A program made the translations under genes and the position numbers. A model generated the notes under the pieces. The model was not told the DNA's origin and made no database searches. It saw only the letters and a program-made list of their open reading frames with translations. A stretch of 63,819 nt of DNA, filler included, from Pseudovirgaria hyperparasitica (taxonomy: Eukaryota): NCBI GenBank assembly GCA_010093815.1. It is 6 parts of 6 records of this genome, joined end to end, with 100 filler letters (N's around TTAATTAATTAA, not from the genome) between each part and the next. Parts side by side here need not be neighbours in the genome. Positions count along the whole stretch, not along the records: positions 31,819 to 52,173 come from ML996617.1; positions 52,274 to 54,969 come from ML996618.1; positions 55,070 to 62,622 come from ML996624.1; 3 more parts are not named here. One strand, written 5' to 3'. Positions within the stretch are counted from its first letter, which is position 1. Every line of letters starts with the position of its first letter. Shown here piece by piece: positions 46,478-60,431 of the stretch.

Positions 46478-47160
46478 GTAGTTTCCTTAGAATAGAATAG
46501 AGTAGAGTAGAACTCTATAGAACTTATAGACTCTATAGTAGAATCTTATAGAACTCTATAGAAGTTCATGTTTCTAAAGACCTCTAGAAGTTTCTAGAAC
46601 CTTCTAGAAACTTCTATAAGAGTATAGAGTATTTATATATATAAGTAGTTAGTATTAGTAATATCGATTACTAATACTAAGCTATTCCTAATAAGGAAAT
46701 ACCTTATAGAAACTTATTAGATATAATAGAGGTTAAGTTTATACACCCCCTTAAGTTTTATAAGGTATCTATATATATAGATATATATAAATAGTCTTAG
46801 AAGATGTTTATAAGTCTAATCTTACTAATAAAGTCTTAAAATTTCTCTTTATTAGTTTATTTAGTTAGATTATTACTTAATATAGTACTAGTATTTTTAT
46901 AAACTAGTTTTATTTTATTAGAGCTTAGATTCTCTCTAATAAAGTAATAAGTAATATCTATATACTTAGTTCTAGTATAGTATATAGGGTTTTTAGCTAG
47001 TTCTATAGTACTTAACGAGTCTATTTTAATAGTATTTATTTTATTAAAGATCTTATAATACTCTTTAATATTAGAGTTACTATTAAAGAGTTCTTTAATA
47101 AAATTATTTAAGAATAGACTCTCTTTAGTAGCTTCTTTTAAGGCTATATATTTTATAAGA
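46478..47160 (-). mobile_element. 3' remnant of a RIPped copia element (RNase H end, PPT, 3' LTR)
   Basis: The minus strand reads YIALKEATKE...IELAKNP..RTKYIDI.YYFIRE. PPT AAGGGGG at 46752-46746 is followed by TG-start LTR ~46745-46478. Part of the same LTR recurs at 55070-55193. Confidence 0.8.
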
Positions 47161-47519
47161 GTTTTAAAAGGGTATATATAAAATAGATATATATAATACC
47201 CTTAGAAGAATAGGTAGTATAGAAGGTATCGTAAATGAATAAGACTAAGGGATATAATATATAGTATATAAAGTATATTTAATTAAAAGTCTTAAGGAGA
47301 CGACTATCTACGGCTATAGAAAGGTCTATATATATATGATTTACGTGCGTTATTATCAAGAATCGATAATATATATTAAATGGTATACTAAATACTAATA
47401 GTATTCTATAATTATCCGATTTAGTCTTTTTTGGTATACTAAGAGTTAATATATTAATTAATATATTATCTCTATCTATGTACTTCCGATTCCTACTTAA
47501 TCTAATATAAGCTAGTACT

Positions 47520-50500
47520 AGCTTATATTAATATAAGTCTCCTAGTCTATAGTCTCTAAGGAAGTTATAGAGTCTAGTCTAGTCTCTAGAGTAGAATAGA
47601 GCTAGTTACCTCTAGAGTAGAGTAGAGGTAGAATAGCTCTAGAGTAGAGTAGAGGTAGAATAGCTCTAGAGTAGAGTAGAGCTAGAATAGCTCTAGAGTA
47701 GAGTAGAACTAGAACTCTTCTATAGAATACTAGAGAATATACTTCTATAGAATAGAATAGAGTAGAGCTAGACTCTTATTCTATATAACTTATATATTAT
47801 ATATAATAGATTATAAGGTTATTATATATATAAAACTTATACACCCCCTTAATCTATATATATATATATATACCTTATATACTATTTTTTTATTTTTATA
47901 GGTTATTAGCTCTATTAATTAAATTAATAGAGTCTATAAAATACTTCTATATAGAGTAGTTAACTGCCTTAGTTAGACTATCTACTATTTGGTTCTTAGT
48001 ATTTATATATATTAGATTAATTACCTTCCTTAGGTAATTATCTCTAATAAAATGGTATTAAATGTCTATATACTTAGTTCTAGCATGATAGGCTGGATTC
48101 TTTGTAATTTCTATAGCTGATTGATTATCTATATATAAATCCTTAATCTCTATATTATTTAATATAGGAATTTGAGTAATAAGAGACTTAATATATAATC
48201 ATTCCTTAGTTACTTTCTTAAGGGCCATATATTCAGCCTCACAGGAACTAAGTGCTATAGTTTTTTATAATTTTGAATCCCAGGAGATAGGGTTATTCCC
48301 TATTAGGAATATATATCCAGTAGTACTTTTTCTAGATATATCCCCCCCCCAATCTGAGTCTACATAACCTTTAGCTACTATATTATTAGATTTAGAGTCT
48401 TTAATAGAGTCTCTATTAATATAGAGCTCTATTTCTAAATCCTTAGAAAATAATATATATTGCCATAGCTTATTTAAGGCTTTAAAGTGTTCTAGACTTG
48501 GATTAGATATAAATCTAGCTAGATAGCCTACGGGATATTTTAGGTCACATCTAGTTAGACTAGTTAAATAGATAAGAGAACTAATTTCCCTTTGAAATTA
48601 TCTAATATCTTTTAATTTAGCTTGTAAGGGGTTTTTATCTAATTTAATACCTAGAGATAAAGGTATTTTGGATGGCTTTATATTCTCTTTATTAAACTTA
48701 ATTAATAAGTTCTTAATAAAAGAAGATTGAGATAATATAATAGAACCTTTAGTTCTATCTCTCTTTATTTCCATTCCTAGGTAATATTTAGCTTACCCTA
48801 GATTAGATATATCTAATTTAGAGTACTTAGTTATCTCTAAATAGAAGTTATCTATATCTTTAGTATTAGGTGCAAAAACTAATATATCGTCTACATAGGC
48901 TAAAATAATTAGATTATCTCTAATATAGACTGCATTTTCAGCTATAATTTAAGTAAACTTTAAGGATATTAATATATCCTTAAGTAGGTCTTGCCACTCT
49001 CTAGCTAATTGCTTAAGTCTATATAAAGCTCTATTTAATTTATAGACTCTATTAGGGTAATTAGAGTCTATAAACCCCTCTAGCTAGTATATATATATGG
49101 TTTCTTTTAATCTAGCATTAGGAAAAGCTGATTTAAAGTCCCATTGATGTATTTTAAGGTTATATAACCTGCCTATAAGTAGTAATAATCGAATTACTAT
49201 AGGTCTTGTAGTATAAGTAAAGGTTTCTAGGTAATCTATTCCATATTTTTATAGAAAACCTCTAGCTACCTATCTAGCTTTATACTTATTAATGGTATTA
49301 TCTAGGTTTAATTTAATTTTAAATACCTATCTACCAGAGATTATATTAGTAGAACCATTCTTAGGTTTATCTACTAAATCCCATGTATTTTGACTTAATA
49401 AGTCATTATACTCCTTAATAGTAGTATTTTTCTATTCTATAGCATATGTACTTTTCATAGCTTATTTATATAATTTAGGCTCTATAATATCTAAGGATAT
49501 ATTATAAGCACTAAATTTAAATAGACTATTATAAGTATAATAACACATAGCATTAGAACTAATATTACTATTATTAGCATAAGCTAATTCGTCTTCTAAA
49601 TCTGAATTAATAGAGTCTATAGACTGTCTAGGTTGTCTAGAGTCTCTAGACCCTCTAGAGAGTCTAGGTTGATTTTCTCTATTATTCATAAATTGATTCT
49701 GACTATAATTATCACCCGATTCAGCTGTAATTTTAGGAGTATTTAAATCATATATAGACTCATTATCTGTGTAATTTTCGTCTTCTTCTGATTCATTTTC
49801 ACTTAGTTCTCTATATATAGACTCTTACTCTAGAGAGTCTAAGTAGAGTTTTTAACTTTTATTATAAAAAGTACTCTCTAGTATAGTAATATCTTTAGCC
49901 TATGTAGTAGTATTATTACTAATATTAAGTAATTTATACTAATTATTATCATTATAGTTTATAAGATAATATAAGCTACTTCTTGGCTCTAATTTGTTCT
50001 TAGGTATATGTTCCTTTTTATATACTCTAGAACCCTATACTTTTATATGTGTAATAATTAGTTTTTTACTATATTTAAGTTCATAGGGAGTTTTATATTC
50101 TATACTAGAATATGGTATTCTATTATATAGATAACACGTAGCTAATAGAGCTTTAGCCTAGTAATAATAAGGTAAATTAGCTTAATAAAGTAATAATCTA
50201 ACTTTATTAAGTAATGTCCTATTAATTCTCTCTACTTTAGAGTTCTATTCTGGACTATAAGGACATGTATAGGTATATTCTATGCCTTTTTCATTAAAAT
50301 AAGACTTATATAATGATGATTTATACTCTCTAGCATTATTAGAGTGGAATCTCTTTACTTTATTATTATTATTAGACTAGTTTTCTTGTCTAGTAATATA
50401 ATTCTTAGTAATTAAGAAGTTCTCATCTCTATTTTTCATAATATCTACCTCTAGATATTTAGAATAGCCATCTAAATAAGTTATAAAGTATATATAATCA

Positions 50501-52173
50501 TTTATAGTAGATGGTAAAGGACCATAAATGTCACTATATATAACCTCTAGATATTCCTTAGGTTTAGGAATATAATTAGACTTATATATTTTAGTATAAC
50601 TAGCCTTTAGACATATTTCATACTCTTTATATAATAGATTATTATCTAGGAATTCTATAATCTTATCATTTTTAAGTTGATTTAATGCCTTTTGATTTAT
50701 ATAGCCTAATCTATTATGCCATAAATCTATAGTAGAATTAATAGAACTACTTTGAGTGTCTATAATCTTATTTTCTATAGAGGTATATAAAGAATCAGGT
50801 TCTTTATATATAGGAGTTGTCTCAAGAATACTAATATTATTTATTATACTAGCCTTAGCTAATAGCCTCTTATTCTTTAAATAGATGTAGGCATAGTTAT
50901 CTTTAAATAATATAGACTTTCTATCTCTAATTATCTTTCCTATAGATAATAGATTTACTCTAAAATTAGGTATATAAAGGTAGTTCTTAATTAATATCTT
51001 TATATTAGTAGATGTAATTAGAACTCTATAATCGCCTATACTACTAGCATTTATAACTCTATTTGAATCTCCCTATTTAATAGTATTATTACATTCTTTA
51101 ATACTAATAAAGAGGCTCTTATTAGAGTAAATATTAATGCTAGCCCCTGAATCTATAATCCAAGAGGTTTTATGGAAAGAGCTATTAATAGACTCTATTT
51201 TTTAAATAGTAGAGTCATTAATTAAAGTAGTAAATACCTCTTCTTCTTGTTTAGAAGAAGCATTTATCTCTTTATTCTTCTCTTTCTCTTTCTTTTACTT
51301 TTGCTTTCCTTTCCCCTTATTATAGGGTTTTAAATGAGGATATTTTTTAAAACACTTATCTTCTATATGATTTGGTTTCTTACAGTAAGAGCATTTATTA
51401 GAACTGGTATTATTGGCCATTTCTATATCAATTATCTCATTTTTTGGTAAAGACTTTGATTTTATCCTTCTAGACTCATCTAGTAGATAATTAAATATTT
51501 CATCTATATCTAAATCCTTATCCTTTCTAATAGACTGGGTAATAATAGTTACTAGGTTTTCATATTCCTTAGTAAGGTTATTTAATACCCATGCTATTAT
51601 GAATTTATCAGGTAATTCAAGTAATTTAGACTTTAGATCATCTCTAATTCTTATAATCTTATTTAAATACTCCTCTATATTCTTAGAGGCTCTAAGAGTA
51701 GTATTAAATAATTCTTTATATAATAAGAATTCAGAGCTAAACCCCTTTGCCTAGTATAGATTCTTTAACCTTATCCATAAATTAAAGGGATTTAATATAT
51801 TCCTTGTTTGGAGCAAAGGGCTATTAGCAAGTGCTAGTCTAATAATAGACATAGTCTTTCTTACCATTAGTATATAGTTCTTAATTTCAAGACTATTCAT
51901 GCTCTTAGGATGTGCTTCTATAGTAGTAGTATAACCTTTTTCTATTAGAATAGACTCCATTCTAATAGCCTAGATATTATAATTACTAGCTCCTAAGAGT
52001 CTAGGAATTTTAGATAAATCGCTCATTTTTTAGGTTCTATACTCTGATAAATACAAGTAGAGCTAATCTAGCTCTACTATTTTCTAGAGAGAATTTAGAT
52101 AAATTCTAGAGACCTTAATTTAAGAGCTATGATTATAAGACTTATAATATAAGCTTATAGTAATACTATAATA
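47520..52173 (-). mobile_element. Near full-length RIPped copia retrotransposon (5' LTR lost in the linker)
   Basis: Gag start about 52026 (MSDLSKIPRLLGASNY...LKNLY..KGFSSEFL), knuckle CSYCKKPNHIEDKC, protease WIIDSGA, RT YVDDIL (~48890), RNase H DSDWGG...KNPAYHARTK. PPT at 47850-47844, 3' LTR starting at 47843, PBS relic at 52138-52148. Confidence 0.92.
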
Positions 52174-53002
52174 NNNNNNNNNNNNNNNNNNNNNNNNNNN
52201 NNNNNNNNNNNNNNNNNTTAATTAATTAANNNNNNNNNNNNNNNNNNNNNNNNNNNNNNNNNNNNNNNNNNNNCTAGGTAGGCGGGCCTTCCATCCCTGT
52301 CCAGATTCCTGATACCGTGCTCGCTGATATGCGCCGTGCAGCCTAATTAAGGTTGTGACTCTAGTCATTCTCGGGGAGCAGTCTCTGCGGGTAGGCTGGG
52401 GGTGTCGTTCTTTCCAGCTGGTGAACAGAGTCGACCCCCTCGAGGTTGGCACCAGGCTTGGCTGCAAAGCCCCCCAGCATCGTAAAACTACCCTTCATCA
52501 CACTCATTCTCCCTTCGTTATGAAGCTCCTCACAGCACGTGAAATTGTCCTACATTATTACCCTCATGTCTCCATCTAATCATGAGAAGCAACCATAACC
52601 ACAAATCGACAGTACGGCCTCAGGGGCGTCAGTCCTTACCCACTGCTGTGTATCTCCAGTCTTCCTAGTCCCACGACAACCAAACTTTATCCCCAACCGC
52701 CATCATCATGAGAGGTTGGCGAAGTGCTCTATTGATCATTGTGGTCACAGTATTAGGTCTAAACCTCCTGCTCCAGAATGTGAACCTTCTCGAGATTTTT
52801 AATTTCGAAGCGATCCTCCTGTTGATACTCGTGGCACTTATTCTAATTTTTGCCCTAAGTTGGGTAGTATTCCATTATACATTGGGGGTTATTATGCGAC
52901 TGTAAGACTACCAACTTTGATATATGCACTCGACTAACTCTATACGAAGGTGGCAAGATGGCCATGGACATAATGGGAGAGAGAGAAGCGAAGTGTGAAT
53001 GA

Positions 53003-54088
53003 CTATGGGCTTTGCGAACCTGCTGCTATGGAACCTGCTGCTATGGAACCTGCTGCTATGCGTTCAATTTTTTTCGAAGAAGAGCGTACTCCGATACCGT
53101 TTAGAGCTTCGTGGGCCCCATTGTATAGCGCAGGACATTTATCTGATAACCAACGAAGTTCTCCAGACAGAATTTCCACGAGAGCAGTGAATGTGATTTT
53201 CAGCTGTTCCTCGTCCGTGTTAACCGTGCGATCTGGTCGGTTCTCTAGTAGTAAAGATTCAAAGTCTTTGTCTACCTTTATACACGGTGCTTCGGATCTT
53301 TCCGATTCTGACTTTTGGGATGAGATCAGTCCTAGTGACATATGCGGCTTCAGGTATGCGAAGAATACTGAGGATGCTACCGGCCATAGTGAAGATAGTG
53401 AAGCTAAGAAAGATGCAGCCTGCTTGATAGTAAGTATATGAGTGATGACAGGTACGGGGGTCCCTACACTTGGAACGCAATACACTGTGCACACAACTCC
53501 CAGTATGACCTGACAGATGTATATTGCTGACGTCCAAATGTAATAGTTGGCTCCTGCGGCATGTCCAGAAATCTGGCGGAACAGACATAAGTAGGCGGCA
53601 AAGAAGTAAAACGCCGTGAACGAAGCAGGGAAGAAGCGGACCCAATTATAAGACAGCAGTCCAGCTGAGATCATGAGTCTAAATCTGTTCTTAGCAAGGC
53701 ATTCAAATCAGCGGGAGTCTTACGAGAAAACAATTGTTGCAGCGTCAAGCACTATACACAACCATATTGCTAGCCGGCGACGTCTAGAATCAATGCAACA
53801 CTTAAACAACCACCTCGACTATGCGATGGTCAGAGTTCTGTAGGTCCTCTCATTGCATCGTGGACTTACACAATACCATCGTGCAATCACACCGCTGCAA
53901 CACAAAGGTATCTAAACATATCTTGGCTCGATCGAGAAAGCCAATCCCAGGCCAATGAGTGTACAAATGCAGCTAACGCCGTTAGAGAGTATGGAGATGT
54001 GAACAAGAAGGTTTATGGCCTGACAGATAAGGCAACCAATGAGAAGCAGTACATCTTTTAAAATAATGCGGAGCGGCTGGAGAGACAT
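53003..54088 (-). pseudogene. Multi-pass membrane protein gene (3 exons) with one in-frame TAG
   Basis: Hydrophobic exons are joined in frame by introns 53869-53819 and 53723-53679; TAG at 53914-53912; C-terminal (IAAGS)x3 15-bp repeat. Confidence 0.6.
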
Positions 54089-54662
54089 GTTGGATTCAAG
54101 AAGGCACCCAAATGGCAGTGATTGCATATCCAACATCTGACTACAGGTCGTCATCGGAAATCCATGAAACTATCCATTGATGAGCAGTAGCATAACTTTG
54201 AACCAGCCGCCTCGGCTTATGCTCCTGTTGGTATTGACGCAGCCTTGATATCTTGATGTAGAGCTCTTCCAGGTAGCTCTGGACTATAGGTGCTGCCTGA
54301 GCTGCTGTTGTGCGCATTCCTACGTCGCCATACATGACTACCTGCTGTGCCTCAGTAGAGCTCTGTTGCCGAGTGGGTGGCGCACCTAGCCTCCTTGGCT
54401 TTGACCCCCCTCCCTGTGATCGGGAACGTGCAGCTTGCCTTTCCCGCGGCCGCTTACCTAATCACCTGTTCGATACAGAGGTTCCGCGCCTCGTCTGATA
54501 CCCCGCACAACACCCAAGCACGCACAAAATACTAACCTCACTTATTCCTAACAGACCATGTTAGCAACTCCCCTGGGCTTGAATCAGACCCACCAAATAC
54601 TGAGCACGGAGCGAGCCAGGACCTGCACAGGTACAGACGGCGGAAAGAGCTCTTCCTCCTCC

Positions 54663-54699
54663 AGCCGCTCTTGGCAACAAGTTGTTGCCAAGAGCGGCT
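54663..54699. repeat. Perfect palindrome with 18-bp arms: AGCCGCTCTTGGCAACAA-G-TTGTTGCCAAGAGCGGCT
   Basis: Directly visible; a related palindrome with 13-bp arms lies at 520-548. Confidence 0.95.
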
Positions 54700-55195
54700 T
54701 TACCCCGGGCTAGCGTGTCTGTACTAGTGTAGGATCATATTGCACTACGCCATATATAGCTTAGATAATCCTTTTCGACCCACATGTTAGTCGGAGGGAG
54801 CATGACCGCGCCTTAGAAACATGTATGAATAGACCGCGGATCCACAACTGTGGGATCGCAATCGCAAAACGTGGCATTCCGTGTGACTTGCTCTAATGTT
54901 CTCGTGTCTATCCAGGGGGCTTTGAAGCTTAGTAAGACTCCTCCACCTAGATACTGCTCTCAAGGCTAANNNNNNNNNNNNNNNNNNNNNNNNNNNNNNN
55001 NNNNNNNNNNNNNTTAATTAATTAANNNNNNNNNNNNNNNNNNNNNNNNNNNNNNNNNNNNNNNNNNNNGAGTATAGAGTATTTATATATATAAGTAGAT
55101 AATATTAGTAATATCGATTACTAATATTAAGCTATTCCTAATAAGGAAATACCTTATATAAACTTATTAGATATAGTAGAGGTTAAGTTTATAAT

Positions 55196-58100
55196 ACTAA
55201 GTATAATAACTTCCGATATATATATATATATATAGTATATAATATATAACGGTACCGACGTATAGAGACGCTATATATATATACTTAAAAACTCTTTAGA
55301 GTAATAAGTATAGACTACTACTAATAAACGCTAATATACTAACCCCCTTTATTAGTTAAGGGTAGCCCGTATCTAATAATTATAGCGGCCTTAGATACCG
55401 CTATACCCTAGCTTCCGCTAGATATACCCCTACTACTAGTATAGTGGAAACGGCTATATAGTAGTATATTCTAGAATAACTAAACTACTATTCTAAAAGT
55501 AAAAAATAACTAGGGGTATAAAGTACTATAGATAACTAAGATAGAGAGAACCCTACTTGCGGATACCCTTATAGATAAGATTAAATACTAGATAGTATAT
55601 ATAGAGAGAGAGATTAAGAGAGAAGAGACTACTCTTCTTAATATCTTCCGGAGCCTAGTCTAGAATATTAAGGGGCTTACTATAGAAGTAAAATAGATAC
55701 TAGAGGTAAGCCTAGAGTCTAGACTAGACTAAATTAAGGCTAGTCTACTAAGAATCTAGGAAGGCCTTACCTAGGAGAAACGCCTAACTATCTAGATATA
55801 AGTTATAGTACTATTAGATAGTATAACTAGAATAATCTAAATACTAAGAATATCTATAGAAGAAGTATATAGCGTATAGATCGCTATCTAGAATACGAAA
55901 GTCCTTATATAAGTCTAGAAGGTATCTCTAAAGGATATTATTAATAAGATTAATAAATAAAAAGGGATATAGTTAAATATAGTTATAGCTAAACTTACCC
56001 TAGGAGGTATAGTACTAACTACTACTACTAATATAGCCTAGTAGACTATCTCCCGCGACCCGAACGTAATTAATAATATCTTCTCTAGCGTCTCTATCTA
56101 CGCTAATATATATCTAATATAGATATATATAGTCCCTATCTAGGGATATATTATTAGCGCTAATAATATTAAGTAAATAGAATAATCTAACGACTAGAAG
56201 TACCCTAGGGTTAAGATTATAAAGGCATAGTAGAAGAATATATAAGAGATTAAGGTAAAATTAAAAAAGTACTCTACTATAATAGTAGAGCTCTAAGACC
56301 CCGCCCTTATCTATTAGATTATATAGAAAGGTTTCTTAGCTAAGGGGGAGTTACTTATAGCGGAACTATAGAATAGGGCTTAGATAATAATCTAATACTT
56401 TAACTATTAGAGATATAGATATATAGGGTAGAGGTACTCTTAGAAGGCTACCTATAGATAGTACTAATAGAACTATAGTATCTAGAAATACCTATATAAA
56501 GTCTAAGGGGAATATATACGTAATAAAGACACTACTAAGTACTCTAACTATAATAGAAATCACCTATTATAGTTAGTAATATATATAAAATATAAATAAA
56601 TTACTAAGTATATTAATACTATAAAGACGAGAGAAGTAAGATAGATATAATAGACTATAAGGCCTCTACTACCTACTCTAACTATATCTATAAATATACT
56701 AACTAACTTATAAGAAGGCGGGTCTAATATATAATAGTATACTATATAGAGGAAGATAGGGCGACTCTAGGGTATCCTTAAGGTAGCTACCGTATAGGGA
56801 TAGTTATACCTTAATACTACTAGTATATAGGCTTAAGCGTTCCCTAGTACCTAATAAGAAGCTAAGATATACTTATTATTATATAGGCGAACGTATAATA
56901 TAAACGAGAAAACCAGGCTACGCTTCTAGAAGAGATAGATACTATAATAATAGCTATCTAGAAGCTATATAAATACTACTAAACTAATAAACTAACGATA
57001 TACCTAGAATACTATACTATCTACCCCCTAGACCTAGATAGGAGAGTTCTATTCTATATATATAAATCTATCCCGCTCTTAGAATAGTTCTATATAGAAT
57101 AGAATAACCTCTAGATAATACTATACCTCTAGATAGAAATAGGGCCCCTCTATATATATAATATCTATAACTAGAGAGAATTACTTACGCTAGACGCTAT
57201 ACTAGAGAGTATTATAGAACTAGAATAATATATCCTTCTAGGCGACTTTAACCTCTACTATAGATAGTAGAGAGACCCGATAGTTATTAGGGAAGAGCTT
57301 AGAGTAAGAGAATTATATATAAGATACTATAACTTTCTATATCTCCTTATACTAGTTAGATAAACTATATAGAGGAAATATAAGAAGAATAAGAAGAGAT
57401 CTATACTCGACCTTACCCTTACTATAGAATATATAAGCTATAGAGTATAATATTACTACTCTAGTAAGACGTAGACGGACTCTAACTATAAATATATAGA
57501 GACCGCGATAGATATATCTATATCTAATAAATAATAGGGGAGATAGCTATAGAAAGATACTAACTAGAAGAAGTATAGGGAGGACCTAGAATTAGTAATT
57601 CTAGACCCCTCTATAGTCGACGTATCTAATAGCCCGGCTATAGATAGAGCCGTATAAGTTCTTCTTTAAGTCTTCTAAAACTTAAGAGATAAACACGTGC
57701 CATACTAAATATATAAGCCTCTAGATATAAGGAGTATACCTTAAATATATAAAAGTAGAAGAGAAGCCCGGAGACTATATATACGCGTATACTATATCTA
57801 GATAACTAAGGTATAGAAGAAATAGAAAGAGGTAATCTAATCTTATAATAGAACCCTCCATAACGAATAATATAAATAATAGTATATAATTACTAATAAA
57901 TATACACGCTAGGCCGTAGAACTATAGTATATAGTAAAGTAGACTAAGAGCGCGGATATACCGACGCTACTACTACTAATACCTCCCTTAATATACTAGG
58001 GAAGAATATATACTACGAGCCCCGAAAAGATAGAGATTCTCTAAGAAGTTATATTTCCCCCCCTAGAGCTAGTAGACCTATTAGATATTAATAATAATAT

Positions 58101-60431
58101 ATATCTAGATATAGTTAATATTCCCGTAGAGATTATAGAAGAAGATATACTTAATACTATTAAAATACTCCTAAATAATAAAGCGCCTAAACTAGATAGA
58201 ATACTAAATAGATACCTTAAATATACTATATAGGTAACCTTACTACTTATTAGTCTTATCTTCTAGGTATACGCTAAGAACGGGTACTATCTCTAAAGCT
58301 TCTAGACTATCTATACTATTATACTTCTAAAGCTAGGGAAGAACTCTAACTCTCTAAAAGGATAGAGACCGATTACCCTCCTCTTCTATCTTAGTAAGAT
58401 ACTTAAGACTATAATCGCGAAGAAGATAAGTACTATAGTATAAGAATATAACCTTCTTCTAGTGAACTAGAAGGCGAAGACCGGGAGCTCCCTAATTACT
58501 ACTATCTAATATATTCTTAAAGTTATCTAGACTATATAGAAGTAGAGACGTATAGTAATACTACTCTCCCTTAATATAGCTAGTGCATTTAATAAGGTAA
58601 ACTATATAAGACTTATCTATAACCTATAGAAGAGATATATACTTAAATAAATTATAAAGTTTATATAGTCCTTCCTCGCCAAAAGAATTACCTAGATATA
58701 TATCTCTAGATATTAAAGTAAATACAAGAACACGATATATGGTATTCTATAAGAAAGTACTATCTCTCTAATTCTCTTCCTCTTCTTTACTATAGACCTT
58801 CTATAGAGGATATAATATATAGAGGTAGTAGGATACGCTAATAATATATACCTTCTAGCTATTAATAATAATACTAGTTTAACCTATAAACGCCTTAAAT
58901 AAGACTATAAGAGATATATCTAGTAGGTAAAGCGCCATAGAGTAAAGTTCGCCCCTAAGAAATACTAACTTATATACTTTATTAACTACTATAGGAAATA
59001 GACTACTAAGGAAGGAGAGCAACGTTCTAGAATAGATGCTTTTACTAAACTACTAATATAGAGTATATATATACTTAGCGTTATAATTAATAATAAACTT
59101 AAATAGGGTCTATAGATTATATATATAGTATCTAGGGCCCTTAAGGTAGAAGCCGCTATATACTAGATTACGGCCTCTATATAGAGAACCACCTAGAATA
59201 AGGCGCGCTAGCTATACGTCTCTATAGCACGACCCGCCTTTATATATAGATATAAGTACTAGTATATAGCCCTTACGTAGGCTAGGCGAATAAAGCTTAA
59301 GTCTATATAGAACCGTATACTCCGCCTTATATCTAGTATATATAAAGCTACTAATATAGTACTACTATAGCGCGAGATAAATATAATAAGTATATAAGAC
59401 TTCTACTAGATATAGAGGGTAGTATACTTTACTAAATAATAAGTATAGGAACGCGTGGGACACGCCGAATATACCTTCGCCGCGCTATATATATAAGTTA
59501 GTATCTACTACTAAGTACTACTATATATAGACTAGACTTAACTATAATATAAGAGTCTAATAGAGATAGACTTAAACTAAATCGCGTAGAAGATTAGAGA
59601 TAACCTAGACGCCTCTCTAGACTAGTAGAACCCTTAGAAGCTCGTACGGGCTATATAGTTATAGACCTAGAATAAATAGAAGGAAGTCCTCTAGACCTAT
59701 TAGATATTCTAATAGAATAGATATCTAGAATAGATCTAGGGACTATAGAAGGAACTAAGTAGATAGATATATAAAGGGCTTACGAAAGCCTAAGTATCTA
59801 TCCTTCTCTAAGCCCGAATAGAAGCTATAGAACTTCTATACTACTTATACTAGAGGGGTATCCTAGATATATCTCTATAGTATAAAGTATACGGCTAGAG
59901 AGGTATAATATAGTACTATCTCGCGATATACCCGGACCTCTATATATAGAGATAATTACTTATCTATATAATAAGGACCTCTAATATTATATAGTAGCTT
60001 AATAAGTACCCTAAGGAGATCGCCCGATAGATACTTATATATCTCTCTCTCCTCTAATACTAATAGACCTAGATATATATACTAGAAGGAACTAGATATA
60101 TACTAAATAGACCCCGATATACGCCGGAAGAACCCTAGAAGAACCCCGATTATTAGTTAAGGGTAACCCTTAACTAATAACCCCCGTACTCTATACGTGC
60201 TATCTAAGGGTAAAATAATAGTACTATAGATTATAGGCCTATAGATATTCCTAACGGCTATATACTTAAGATAATATAAAGGTTTTATGAGATATAGTTA
60301 TAGAGAGAAGGGAGTTTTTCCTTATATAAAGGTTTCTCCTTATATAATAGCTTAGACTAGAGAAGGTATATACCTATAGAGTAAACTACTCTATCTAGTT
60401 ATATAATATTATTATTATTATTATTATTATA
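55196..60431 (+). mobile_element. Third LINE copy, very heavily RIPped, slightly 5'-truncated
   Basis: Colinear with the other two copies through ORF1, ORF2, 3' UTR and (TTA)n tail. Confidence 0.93.

Larger units (their letters stand above)
31819..52173. other. RIP-mutated AT-rich block (second block at 55070-62622)
   Basis: Strong TpA excess and CpA/TpG depletion. Comparison with the un-RIPped LINE shows CA>TA and TG>TA changes (ctggtc>ctagtc, ggcaaa>ggtaaa). Confidence 0.97.
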
